Assembly (NCBI GenBank): GCA_965261125.1
Contig: CBDHCS010000006.1
Coordinates: 461,446-525,445, forward strand
DNA: 64,000 nt
Reading direction: 5' to 3'
Source: Candidatus Poribacteria bacterium
GTDB lineage: Bacteria; Poribacteria; WGA-4E; WGA-3G
The notes beneath the pieces are model-generated. The model ran no database searches and was not told the origin of the DNA. It saw nothing but the letters and a program-made list of their open reading frames with translations. The position numbers were made by a program, and so were the translations under genes. Numbering within the stretch: position 1 is the first letter of the stretch; the number at the start of each line of letters is the position of its first letter. This document shows positions 11,201 to 20,433 of the stretch, one piece after another.

Positions 11201-11370
11201 TAACATTTATCAGATAAAATCGGACGAATATCGCGATCAAATTGAATTTTCTTCGCATCGGCGAGCTGTATTACTGTCGTTAACAGCATCCCAATCACTA
11301 AAAAACTAACGAATCCTTTGTACAATGATATCAACGAAAATAACTCTTTTTGTTGGTGCGTCCTAAACAT
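8284..11370 (-). CDS. PSCyt (Planctomycete cytochrome c) + DUF1549 + DUF1553 protein (PSD1 family)
   Basis: CYACHGPD heme-binding-like motif near the N-terminus and a CAQCHDHKFDP motif typical of DUF1549. 1028 aa with an N-terminal signal anchor. Confidence 0.85.
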   Translation of the reverse strand: MFRTHQQKELFSLISLYKGFVSFLVIGMLLTTVIQLADAKKIQFDRDIRPILSDKCYACHGPDPAVRQAELRLDTKEGAFSEPSGYPIIVPGDPENSELVLRITHEDIDRRMPPQTSNRQPTQEQIDTLIQWIAEGAEWEEHWAYNPLKRVDPPEVKKSDWVRNPIDQFILGKLETEGLEPSPEADKRRLIRRLHFDLTGLLPAPAEVDQFVRDERPEAYEELVNRLLSKPQYGERLAIYWLDLVRYADTSGYHSDENVSIWPYRDYVIKAFNDNMPFDQFTLENLAGDLLPNASPDQRVASGYNRLNQTTAEGGAQAKEYLAIYAADRVRTTASVWLGATLGCAQCHDHKFDPFTAKDFYSFAAFFADIQGPGVYGGGSKWDPVVMLPSQEQQDELQEIDTELARLRKVFELSSPGLEAEQAKWEEEIRSLLTSTEDTDFAWIDDAQSNGGRTEGTWKFVGKNEAPVFSKERSRVQTAAPEQLVQHAFRGANRKITLAEGDKLFAYVWLDPENPPKTVMLQWNDGNWDHRAFWGEDKITYGEIGNDTPAHRPMGDLPNLGEWVRLEVDPTVVGLKAGSVLNGMAFTQFGGKAYWDIAGIATTLGIATKNTHDDAVIKAIQVDAFVRTTNQRKQIANYYRGIAPALDGIRNQITDLEKRKNEINSKSPYSLTTVSVQPRTTRILPRGNWLDDSGEIVEPMIPEFMGDLGIKNRRATRLDLAKWVASRNNPLTARTFVNRLWALYFGTGISRVLDDLGSQGEPPEHSELLDWLAVEFMESGWNVKHMVKLLVSSNAYRQSSKSNEVLREKDPYNRLIARQSHWRLDAEIVRDNALLLSGLLVPKIGGPSVRPYQPVGYYSNLNFPKRKYVHDKGESQYRRGLYTHWQRTFLHPSMMAFDAPSRQECTAERSTSNTPMQALTLLNDPTYVETARVFAARIIKEGGQTPEDRINWAYHQALSRLPQPKELEIMTGLVEKHKTEYTDNPDAAKALVALGESPAIQGVEPIELAAWTSVARVILNLHETITRY

Positions 11371-11595
11371 TGTAGAACATCTCCTCCTTGCAAGTAGACG
11401 AAAATACTGGTACTATAAACTTTAAGATTTGTATGTCAAGTAATTTATCATAAAAATAAAATATGTGCAAATCAAATCTTTCAGACCTCGTTGTGGATAA
11501 ACATGGATTAGACATTATAACGTTTTAATTTCGTAGGTCGGGCAGAGCGCAGCAAAACCCGACAATATCAGGGATTCAGAACCAACTTACGTAAT

Positions 11596-11712
11596 CAGGA
11601 CTTACGCAATGTGTTTAAAAGTTCCCCAAGGGTTTTTAGGGGGTTAAAAACTCCAATTTCTGCCTATTTTACCCCCCTAACCCCCCGCAAGCGGGGGAAT
11701 GCGTCCGTCCTG
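11596..11712. repeat. MITE family C copy with 5-bp TSD GTAAT
   Basis: TIRs caggacttacgca ... gcgtccgtcctg flanked by gtaat on both sides. The internal ccccccgcaagcggggg hairpin is followed by a second partial C-core at 11730-11780. Confidence 0.6.
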
Positions 11713-12092
11713 GTAATATGTTCAAAAGCCTCCCCCTCGCTTGCGGGGGGATAAAGGGCGGTGTATTTAGGGAATTCAAAACACAAAAACTTAGCGAGTG
11801 AACCATTTTGTGTGTGCTATAATAAGATTTGACCTGTTCTCGCGTAGCACAAACTGACAGGTTGTGGGACAACTTCTATTATCCGTTATGCCTCCAAAAC
11901 AGGTTTATCAACGTATCCCAATAATTTCAAAGTTCACTATAGTATACCAGCATTATTGCTATTCTTCAAATCTAAATTACGAAGCGAAATTTTTCCTTAC
12001 TCAAAAGTGAAAGATTTGATAAAATAGTGAACAACACGCTTACCTGCTAAACCCAATAACACCGTAGTTCCAAAACCGAAAAAGGAGTAATA

Positions 12093-13553
12093 ATGAAAAA
12101 ACGTCCGAATATCCTATGGTACTGCACAGACCAACAACGTTTTGACACCATCGGAGCGTTAGGAAATCCACATATCCGCACACCCAGACTCAATGAATTT
12201 GTCCAGCAATCTGTCTCATTCACGCATGCTTATTGCCAATCTCCGATTTGTACGCCGTCTCGTGCAAGTTTTATGACGGGTATGTATCCCTCCGCCATAA
12301 GTGTCACGGGCAACGGCAACCCTGTTTTTCCTCAATATTACGAAGACAGGCTAATCTCTCATGTTCTTGCAAAAGAGGGCTATGACTGTGGTTTGATTGG
12401 TAAACTCCATCTCGCAAGTGCGTTTGATGGACAAGAAAACCGTGTAAACGATGGCTACCGCTATTTTCAATATAGCCACGACCACGGAAAGCCGAACGCA
12501 TTCGGGCACGAATATGCCGATTGGCTACGTGAACAAGGTGAGGACCTTGGTGAGCTCTTGAGGCAACGAGTGGTCGTCCAAAAACCGAAGAAAGATACCG
12601 GACAATTTCCTGAACCGACACCGGATTGTGATAATATTCCACCTCATCTCCATCAGACGTACTGGTGTACCGAAAAGACAATCGAATTTATCAACAAAAA
12701 TCGACGAAAAGATCAACCGTGGATGCTAAATATCAACCCATTTGATCCGCATCCGGGGTTTGACGCACCTTGGGAATATTATCGGCGGTATGCCCCAGAA
12801 ACGTTGCCCGGTCCGAACTTTCAAGAAAGCGACATCGATTTTCAGGCAAAATTAACTGACGCAGGCATCGATTTTCAATCGAAGGCGAAACGCCCTTCAG
12901 AATTCGACGCTGAACAGGTCCAAGCGTCTTATTATGCCATGATTGAACAGGTAGACCACGAATTTGGACGCATACTCGACTATCTTGAGACCGAGGGACT
13001 TCGTGATAACACTATCGTTATCTTCACTTCTGACCACGGGGAATCCCTCGGAGACCACGGATTGCTGTACAAAGGATGTCGTTTTTACGAGGGATTGACA
13101 CGGGTGCCACTTTTTATCTCATGCCCAACACGCTTCCTGCAGTGTGTTTATAGCCATGAGCTTGTTGAATTGGTTGATATTGTGCCTACACTATACGATA
13201 TATTAGATATAGAGATACCTCACTATGTTCAGGGTAAATCGCTCATCCAGCTATTACGCGGCGGTGTTTATGCTTACGAACATAGAGAAGCAGTCCGATG
13301 TGAATTTTTTGGCGCACTCGCAACCGCTGATCAGACACATGCTACAATGTATCGGAACAGACGTTGGAAACTCGTTGTGTACCATCAAAAGAATATTTGT
13401 GAACTGTATGACCTCAACAATGACCCGTGGGAACACAACGATCTCTCCGAACATGTTGATTTTCAGGATATTAAGTGGGAACTCCTGCAAAAGAGTTTCG
13501 ATGCTACCGCCTATGCGCACCCGCGAATGGTCCCCAGGGTTGCTTCACATTAG
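12093..13553 (+). CDS. sulfatase (formylglycine-dependent arylsulfatase family)
   Basis: CTPSRASFMTGMYP is the sulfatase C-x-P-x-R signature. GKLH and DHG metal-binding motifs are also present. Length 486 aa. Confidence 0.9.
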   Translation: MKKRPNILWYCTDQQRFDTIGALGNPHIRTPRLNEFVQQSVSFTHAYCQSPICTPSRASFMTGMYPSAISVTGNGNPVFPQYYEDRLISHVLAKEGYDCGLIGKLHLASAFDGQENRVNDGYRYFQYSHDHGKPNAFGHEYADWLREQGEDLGELLRQRVVVQKPKKDTGQFPEPTPDCDNIPPHLHQTYWCTEKTIEFINKNRRKDQPWMLNINPFDPHPGFDAPWEYYRRYAPETLPGPNFQESDIDFQAKLTDAGIDFQSKAKRPSEFDAEQVQASYYAMIEQVDHEFGRILDYLETEGLRDNTIVIFTSDHGESLGDHGLLYKGCRFYEGLTRVPLFISCPTRFLQCVYSHELVELVDIVPTLYDILDIEIPHYVQGKSLIQLLRGGVYAYEHREAVRCEFFGALATADQTHATMYRNRRWKLVVYHQKNICELYDLNNDPWEHNDLSEHVDFQDIKWELLQKSFDATAYAHPRMVPRVASH

Positions 13554-13620
13554 TCTGTTGCTTGTTCTCAATTTTAAAACCGCTTTTGAAAATCATCCGC
13601 TAAAGCGAGGTGGAAAATAG

Positions 13621-15525
13621 ATGACCGTAAGAGCACTCCTACTCGGTTTAGCACTCGTCATTGTACAGACTGCAATTACGCCTTACAACGACTATTACCT
13701 CCAAGGGACAGACATCGCTGGAAATCACTTCCCTTTAGGCTCAGTCTTTACACTGATTTTTCTTACGTTTGTCATCAATCCTATTTTAAAGAGGGTGTTT
13801 CCTCGCGCAACACTAAATCCCGCAGAGTTGATAGTCGTTTGGGTAATGATGGGGATAAGTTCAGCGATTCCATCAAAAGGGATGATGGGTTTTTTGCTGC
13901 CTTATTTGGCGGCACCGGTCTATTTTGCCACACCTGAAAATGAATGGGCAGAAACGCTTCACGCCCACTTTCCCGAATGGTTAATTGTATGGGATAAACA
14001 CGCTGTTACGAATTTCTACGAAGGAGAATCGGTTGTTCCATGGGCACTTTGGTTAAAACCAATTTTCGTCTGGACAGTTTTCATTCTCCTGTTCTACTGT
14101 GTAACAATCTGTGTGTCAATTGTCTTGCGGAAACAGTGGGTTGAACGTGAACGATTTATATTCCCGCTTGTTACCGTTCCCGTAGAGATGGTCCAACAAA
14201 CCGCAACACGCAGTGGTGTGGGCGGTCTTTTCAGAAATCGATTCGTATGGATAGGATTCGGTATTGCTGCTGCATTTCATCTGCTCAACGGACTACACGA
14301 GTATTTTCCCGCGCTCCCATCCATTCCGAACCGATATGACCTTTCCACGCCATTCACGGAACGCCCGTGGATCGTGATGAGATGGTGGCCCCAATTTCGG
14401 TTCTTTCTATATTTCTCCGTTATCGGTATAACCTATTTTCTTGCGATGGATGTGTCGTTTAGCTGCTGGTTTTTCTTTCTATTTTTTAAGCTACAGTACA
14501 TCATTATCAATGCCTTTGCGATCCCTATCAGTCCGTGGATCTGTGCAAGAGGGCAAACAATGGCTGCTTATGTGGTGATGGTTCTCGCTTTTCTAATCAA
14601 CAGTCGGGCACATATCAAGGACATCCTAAAGAGAACATTCTCACAGTCCACCGCGATAGACGACTCAGATGAAGTGTTGCCATATAGATGGGCTGTTCTG
14701 GGAGCAATTTTTAGTTTTTTCCTACTTGCTGGACTTTGCGCTTATGCTGGGATGTCGTTTTGGGTTGCGTGTAGCATTATCACGCTGTTCCTGATTACCT
14801 CTACCGCGCTGTCGTGGATGGTTGTCAACGGGGGGATGTTGCTAATTCAGGCACCGATGTACCCCATAGAATACTTTGAAATTGTTACAGGTTCAAGAAT
14901 CATCAATGCAAACAGTCTGGCGCTCTTGGGGTTTCAGCGAGTCATGATGCGTGACTGGGGCGGTATTTTGATGCCGAGCGTTCTGCACGGGTTTAAAGCA
15001 GCAGACCCACTCCGATTAAATCGGAGAACCGTGTTGGGTGCGATGGCACTTGCCATTGTTGTTGCCATCGGTGTTTCTTACGCCGCATCGCTACCCCTGA
15101 TTTATGAAAAAGGGGGTATAAATCTGCAAAGAGGTCCCTTCATCGGAGCACCGAGATACTTCAATCATATCGTTTCACTCATTCAGTATCCGAGAGATAT
15201 GAAATTGGGTGAAGCATATAGTATGATTTTAGGAGTCGGCATTACATCTTTTCTACTCATCATGCAACGCCAATTTATGTGGTGGCATCTTCATCCGATT
15301 GGGTATGTGATGGGGGCAGTGTACTCATCCTATTTCCTGTGGTCATGTATATTTATCGGTTGGTTTTTGAAGTTTTTGATCCTGAAATCGGGCGGTATCG
15401 GATATTATAGAAGGTTTCGTCCGTTGTTCATGGGGCTAATTATAGGTGAGTTTGGCATCGTTGGTGCGTGGATGGTGCTTGGTATGTTTACCGGGGTCAA
15501 TTATCAGAATGCTTTACCGGGGTAA
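13621..15525 (+). CDS. polytopic integral membrane protein, unknown function
   Basis: 634 aa with more than 12 predicted hydrophobic helices. It starts 68 bp after the sulfatase and may be co-transcribed with it. Confidence 0.6.
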   Translation: MTVRALLLGLALVIVQTAITPYNDYYLQGTDIAGNHFPLGSVFTLIFLTFVINPILKRVFPRATLNPAELIVVWVMMGISSAIPSKGMMGFLLPYLAAPVYFATPENEWAETLHAHFPEWLIVWDKHAVTNFYEGESVVPWALWLKPIFVWTVFILLFYCVTICVSIVLRKQWVERERFIFPLVTVPVEMVQQTATRSGVGGLFRNRFVWIGFGIAAAFHLLNGLHEYFPALPSIPNRYDLSTPFTERPWIVMRWWPQFRFFLYFSVIGITYFLAMDVSFSCWFFFLFFKLQYIIINAFAIPISPWICARGQTMAAYVVMVLAFLINSRAHIKDILKRTFSQSTAIDDSDEVLPYRWAVLGAIFSFFLLAGLCAYAGMSFWVACSIITLFLITSTALSWMVVNGGMLLIQAPMYPIEYFEIVTGSRIINANSLALLGFQRVMMRDWGGILMPSVLHGFKAADPLRLNRRTVLGAMALAIVVAIGVSYAASLPLIYEKGGINLQRGPFIGAPRYFNHIVSLIQYPRDMKLGEAYSMILGVGITSFLLIMQRQFMWWHLHPIGYVMGAVYSSYFLWSCIFIGWFLKFLILKSGGIGYYRRFRPLFMGLIIGEFGIVGAWMVLGMFTGVNYQNALPG

Positions 15526-15615
15526 TCCAAATGTTTTTATGGGTGACGGTCCTGAAACCTAATGCTGATTGGAAAAATTTGAGAAGTTGGGACAAGGTTT
15601 GCAGAAAAAGATAGA

Positions 15616-15687
15616 AGCCGATGAGAGGATTTGAACCTCCGACCTACTGATTACGAATCAGTTGCTCTTCCACTGAGCTACACCGGC
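15616..15687 (-). tRNA. tRNA-Thr (anticodon CGT)
   Basis: The reverse complement reads GCCGGTGTAGCTCAGTGGAAGAGCAACTGATTCGTAATCAGTAGGTCGGAGGTTCAAATCCTCTCATCGGCT. It has a cloverleaf with a 7-bp acceptor stem, a TTCAAAT T-loop and a TTCGTAA anticodon loop. Confidence 0.85.
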
Positions 15688-15828
15688 TTAACATATTATA
15701 ACGTGAACTCGGTATAAGAGATATGTAGTCCTTGATGCCTTCTTTTAGTTTGTGCATCTACAGAACACAAACTAACAGTGGATGCTACAAAAAGCTGCTT
15801 GGACCGAGCTCACGTTACAAATAGAAAA

Positions 15829-15901
<73 letters not shown>

Positions 15902-16177
15902 ATCAGGTATTAAATGATACCATTAAATAAAATCGTTGTCAAGTTTATAAGCATTTTTGCATTTTTTCAAAATCATTCAGTTTAGTTTTGCACAGGGCAG
16001 TCCGAGATTTGAGATAAAAGTTGGAGCTATCGGAGAATTGAATAGATGTTGTTACACCTAAAAAAACTTGCATAAAATTCCATAATAAGGTATCCTTTTT
16101 AAAATCGGTTGTGTCTTGCGACATCCTCTAAGCGATAAGAGGATTAATCATAACCTTGATAGACTGGAGGAATCTGG

Positions 16178-16876
16178 ATGGAGCATAAACTATCCATTGT
16201 GATTCCGATTTACAATGAGGCTGAGCATTTAGAGGAAATTTTACGGCAAATAAATGCGGTCGAAATCGACATGGAAAAAGAACTTATTCTGGTCGATGAT
16301 TGTTCAACGGATGGGACGCGCGAGATTTTAGAGAAACTCCAAAATTCAGCTGAAAATACTGCTAAAATTTTTTACCACGAAATAAATCGCGGCAAAGGGG
16401 CAACCTTGCGAACCGGTTTTCAACATATTACAGGAGAAATTACCCTCATACAAGATGCGGATTTAGAATACGATCCGCAAGATTACCCGAGGTTACTTGA
16501 ACCTATTTTGACTAACAAAGCCGATGTCGTTTATGGATCACGATTTATGGGAGGACGACAAGAAGGTTTGTTACGGAGCTATCTTGCGAACCGATTTCTT
16601 ACTTTTCTGTCAAACCTTGTAAACGGCACGAAATTAACAGACATGGAAACCTGCTATAAGGTCATTAAAACTGATATTCTGAAGGATATTTCGCTCTGTT
16701 CAGATAGATTCGGCTTTGAGCCAGAGATCACTGCAAAATTAGCAAAACGCAAGTGCAATATCGTTGATGTTCCGATAAGTTATCGTGGTAGAGACTACGA
16801 TGAAGGAAAAACTATAAGTTGGAAAGACGGTGTCGCAGCGATTTTTCATATTCTCAGGTTCCGTTTTTTCTCCTAA
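16178..16876 (+). CDS. family 2 glycosyltransferase (polyprenol-phosphate hexosyltransferase-like)
   Basis: LSIVIPIYNE...LVDDCSTDGT...DADL motif set of GT2 (DXD). The ATG is preceded by ctggagg. Length 232 aa. Confidence 0.85.
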   Translation: MEHKLSIVIPIYNEAEHLEEILRQINAVEIDMEKELILVDDCSTDGTREILEKLQNSAENTAKIFYHEINRGKGATLRTGFQHITGEITLIQDADLEYDPQDYPRLLEPILTNKADVVYGSRFMGGRQEGLLRSYLANRFLTFLSNLVNGTKLTDMETCYKVIKTDILKDISLCSDRFGFEPEITAKLAKRKCNIVDVPISYRGRDYDEGKTISWKDGVAAIFHILRFRFFS

Positions 16877-17208
16877 TTCCACCAACAAGGAGCATCAATT
16901 ATAGTAGATTTTAGAATTACCTGAACACTTTGATCTATGCGTTTAGCAAACCTAACGGACTGCATGTGTTGTCCCACAACCTGTTAGGTTGTGTTCCGTT
17001 TCTGCACAACCTAAATGAAGTTTAAGTAAATAAATCGGTAATTTGGCGAGGTTAGGAAACCTCACCAGCGGGGGAGTACACCTGCCTCGTACGGATAGAA
17101 AATTACCGAATTAATAAATTAATCTTCATACAGGTTGTGCTACAGAGATGAAATGTCCAAGTAATTATATGCTTTACTATAACAGACTGTGCTAAAGGTT
17201 GAAAGCCT

Positions 17209-18984
17209 ATGGGAAATTTGCAGAATTTACTTAAAGAGGTTGACGATATTCTGAATTCGGCTGGTGATTTGCGAACACAATCTTCTTTAGCGCAATTAGA
17301 AAAACAGGATGATGAACTTCTAAAAGCATTACAGCAATACTTTCAATATAGGACTTTTCGGCATGGGCAACGAGAAATTATTGAAGCGATTTTGAATGAG
17401 GAGAATGTTTTTGCGGTATTTCCAACGGGACACGGAAAATCTTTATGTTACCAGTTACCTGCATTAATGCTACCGGGAACAACAGTTGTTGTTTCTCCGC
17501 TCATTTCATTAATGAAAGACCAGGTAGATGCACTAAAGGCGCGGCAGATAGAGTCTGTATCACTTATAAATAGTACACTCAGTTGGGAAGAATATCGCCT
17601 TGAATTGAATAGATTAAAACAGAATAAGATCAAACTACTCTATATTTCTCCTGAACGTTTACGCAGCCGTAGGTTTTTAGATATTCTGAATTCTGTGGTT
17701 ATCTCTCTGTTTGTCATTGACGAGGCACACTGTATTTCGCAATGGGGGCACGATTTCCGTCCGGCGTACCTTTCAATCTGTGATGCTATTGACACACTTT
17801 ATCCGCGTGCAATCGCCCTTTTCACAGCAACTGCACCGCCAGACATCCGAGAAGATATTCTGAAAATACTGAGAATCCCGGAACCGCAAGTACTTGTGCA
17901 AGGGATGGAACGACCTAACCTAAGACTTGCTGTTCACAAAAGCGAAGACGAAGAACAGAAATATACACTGCTTGAAAAAAATATAAGTTCGCTCAAAGGA
18001 AATGGTATTATCTATGCTGGACGGAGAAGTGAGACAGAGGAAATTGCCCAGTTTCTTCAAAAGCAAGGATACCGTGCGGATTATTACCATGCGGGGCGTG
18101 AACTGCATGAACGCAAACTTATACAGGAAGCATTTTTTGATGACAGTGGAAATGGATTAGATATAGTTGTTGCTACGAATGCTTTTGGGATGGGTATTGA
18201 TAAACCTAATATTCGGTATATCATTCATTGGACAATGACCGGCACCCTGGAGGAATATTGTCAAGAGGTTGGCCGCGCGGGTAGAGATGAAAAAGATTCA
18301 GATTGTCTCTTATTCTATTTTCATGAAGACCGCGAGTTACATGAATGGTTCATCAAAGAGAGCGCGCCCGACAAACCTTCACTCCTTAAACTGTTACGAA
18401 CACTGGAAAATTTGAAAGGCACAGGACAATATCGTTTGGTGGCGATGGATGAATTAGAGTTAGAGGTTGGCTATAAGATCGCAAAAATACAAGTTGGACT
18501 TGCGTACCTGGAAAAACTCGGTTTTCTAAAAAGATGGCATAATGTGCCATCTCAAATCTCAGTCCGGTTGAGAACGCAGCCTACAGACGAGATATCAGGT
18601 CAGTCTGAACTTTATACACATCTGCGTCAGCGGCGAATGACAGATATTTTGAGTTTTTGCCGAGACCTTGAACTGAGCCCACGGCGGGTTATGGAACAAC
18701 TCGCTGAACTTCAAAGTGAGGGACACCTTCAGTATTGGGGAAAGGATGACCTAATGCTGATTGAATTAATAAAGGATAGTGAATTCTTGTCATCTCTTTC
18801 TGAAGAACAGATGGGACTTGGGGACTATGTAAAATATAAACGTAGTAGAATCGACAAAATGGTTCGCTATGCTGCAGCTGATGCGTGTAGGACGAAATTT
18901 ATTCGCGATTATTTTGGAGAGGAGGTGCCAGAAGATTATCGGTGTGGGACATGTGATAACTGCTTGACAAATGCTGTGATGTAG
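17209..18984 (+). CDS. recQ: ATP-dependent DNA helicase RecQ
   Basis: FRHGQREIIEAIL...FAVFPTGHGKSLCYQLPAL (helicase motif I) and a DEAH-like DEAHCISQWGHDFRP motif. The C-terminus has a zinc-binding CGTCDNC. Confidence 0.9.
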   Translation: MGNLQNLLKEVDDILNSAGDLRTQSSLAQLEKQDDELLKALQQYFQYRTFRHGQREIIEAILNEENVFAVFPTGHGKSLCYQLPALMLPGTTVVVSPLISLMKDQVDALKARQIESVSLINSTLSWEEYRLELNRLKQNKIKLLYISPERLRSRRFLDILNSVVISLFVIDEAHCISQWGHDFRPAYLSICDAIDTLYPRAIALFTATAPPDIREDILKILRIPEPQVLVQGMERPNLRLAVHKSEDEEQKYTLLEKNISSLKGNGIIYAGRRSETEEIAQFLQKQGYRADYYHAGRELHERKLIQEAFFDDSGNGLDIVVATNAFGMGIDKPNIRYIIHWTMTGTLEEYCQEVGRAGRDEKDSDCLLFYFHEDRELHEWFIKESAPDKPSLLKLLRTLENLKGTGQYRLVAMDELELEVGYKIAKIQVGLAYLEKLGFLKRWHNVPSQISVRLRTQPTDEISGQSELYTHLRQRRMTDILSFCRDLELSPRRVMEQLAELQSEGHLQYWGKDDLMLIELIKDSEFLSSLSEEQMGLGDYVKYKRSRIDKMVRYAAADACRTKFIRDYFGEEVPEDYRCGTCDNCLTNAVM

Positions 18985-19031
18985 TCTTTTGCGTGGATAT
19001 TATACTCTTAACAAACAATCGGATTATGGAA

Positions 19032-20306
19032 TTATATTTTGCGGAGTGCTTCTTGAAAAACGGATTGAAGAGAAACCCCATTTTGTTCGGCAAGAGATCT
19101 GCAATCCTCATACTCTGGCACTGTTTTGATTAGATCGCCGTTTAAGTAACCGCGTTTGGCTTGGACAGGGCCCCATTGGGTATTGATTTCCACATAATCA
19201 CGATTAAGGATTACACGGTCAGCAGCGTAAAATCGAACGCCGAAGGTTGTTGTTTCTGTAAGAAGGACTTTTATTAATTCATCTCGTATGTTTGGTGGAC
19301 AGAGTACATTTATTTTTATGGCGGCTCTGCCTTTCTTCATAAGGATAGGAACAAAGAATACATCCAATGCCCCATGTTCAAAAAGTTTTTCCATGACGTA
19401 GCTGGAAATTTCGGGGGACATGTCATCTACATTCGTTTCAATGATTTCTATACAGTCGCTGAATCCGAGAGCAGAGTCGTGTGAGGTCGGTGATACACCT
19501 TCAATAGAAGATTCTGAATGGTGCTGTCTATGATGTTTAACATTGTCCAAAGAAGATTTTTCACCGATACAGATACGCAGGAGATTTGGCTGCATATCAA
19601 GGTCTCTGGACCCCGCACCGTAACCGATTTGGTTAACAGTCATATTAGGCATAACACCAAAACTTTTGGCGAGTGTAGTGATGATAGCTGCACCTGTAGG
19701 CGTAACTAATTCATTGGGGATGTCGGTTTGACGGACAGGGACTCCGTGCAAAAGTTCCATCGTGCCAGGCACAGGCACAGGCATCAGACCGTGGGCACAT
19801 TTCACAAAACCACGCCCAAGTGAGAGAGGAGAAGCGTAAACCTCTTCAACGCCAAGTTTGGCTAAACCGATGACAGCACCAACAATGTCCACGATTGAAT
19901 CAATTCCGCTAACTTCGTGGAGATGTACTTTGGCTTTGTCAGTGTTGTGTACTTTCGCTTCAGCTTCAGCAAGTTTGTCAAATATCTGTTTAGCAGTTCC
20001 ACGAATGTTTGTTTGGAGATCACTTGCATCAAGCAGATCAAATATCTCAGAGAGGTGTCTACTGGGACCGTGGGCGTGCTTATGGAGACGTTCTTCTTGC
20101 GGATTCTCGGAAGTTTCAACAACTGCATGCGTTCCGGTGATACCGTGTTTTGTCACTTTTTGGAAATGGAGGCTGAATTCAGTATCTAAATTTAATTTCG
20201 CGAGTTCAGTTGTCAGTACCTCTGGGTCAATTCCTGCATCAACGATAGCACCGAGAACCATATCGCCACTAATACCTGAGAAGCAGTCAAAATATACGAT
20301 TTTCAA
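19032..20306 (-). CDS. larC: LarC family nickel insertion protein (DUF111/UPF0272)
   Basis: The N-terminus MKIVYFDCFSGISGDMVLGAIVDAGI is the hallmark of LarC/DUF111. Length 424 aa. Confidence 0.8.
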   Translation of the reverse strand: MKIVYFDCFSGISGDMVLGAIVDAGIDPEVLTTELAKLNLDTEFSLHFQKVTKHGITGTHAVVETSENPQEERLHKHAHGPSRHLSEIFDLLDASDLQTNIRGTAKQIFDKLAEAEAKVHNTDKAKVHLHEVSGIDSIVDIVGAVIGLAKLGVEEVYASPLSLGRGFVKCAHGLMPVPVPGTMELLHGVPVRQTDIPNELVTPTGAAIITTLAKSFGVMPNMTVNQIGYGAGSRDLDMQPNLLRICIGEKSSLDNVKHHRQHHSESSIEGVSPTSHDSALGFSDCIEIIETNVDDMSPEISSYVMEKLFEHGALDVFFVPILMKKGRAAIKINVLCPPNIRDELIKVLLTETTTFGVRFYAADRVILNRDYVEINTQWGPVQAKRGYLNGDLIKTVPEYEDCRSLAEQNGVSLQSVFQEALRKI

Positions 20307-20433
20307 TGGGGAGTTCCTTTAGTTGAACGTCGGAATTGAGGAAATGAATCTATGAGTTGTTGCAGAACTTGCTAAATCCTGCAACATACTCGTAATCGGT
20401 AATTGTTTGGGTACAAGTAATGAGGTAGAAACG

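Noticed and set aside
11400-12090. Possible CRISPR array or tandem repeat in the G/C-hairpin-rich spacer
   Set aside because: The repeats are MITE-C derived inverted-repeat hairpins in mixed orientation. They are not regularly spaced direct repeats with unique spacers, and no cas genes are present.
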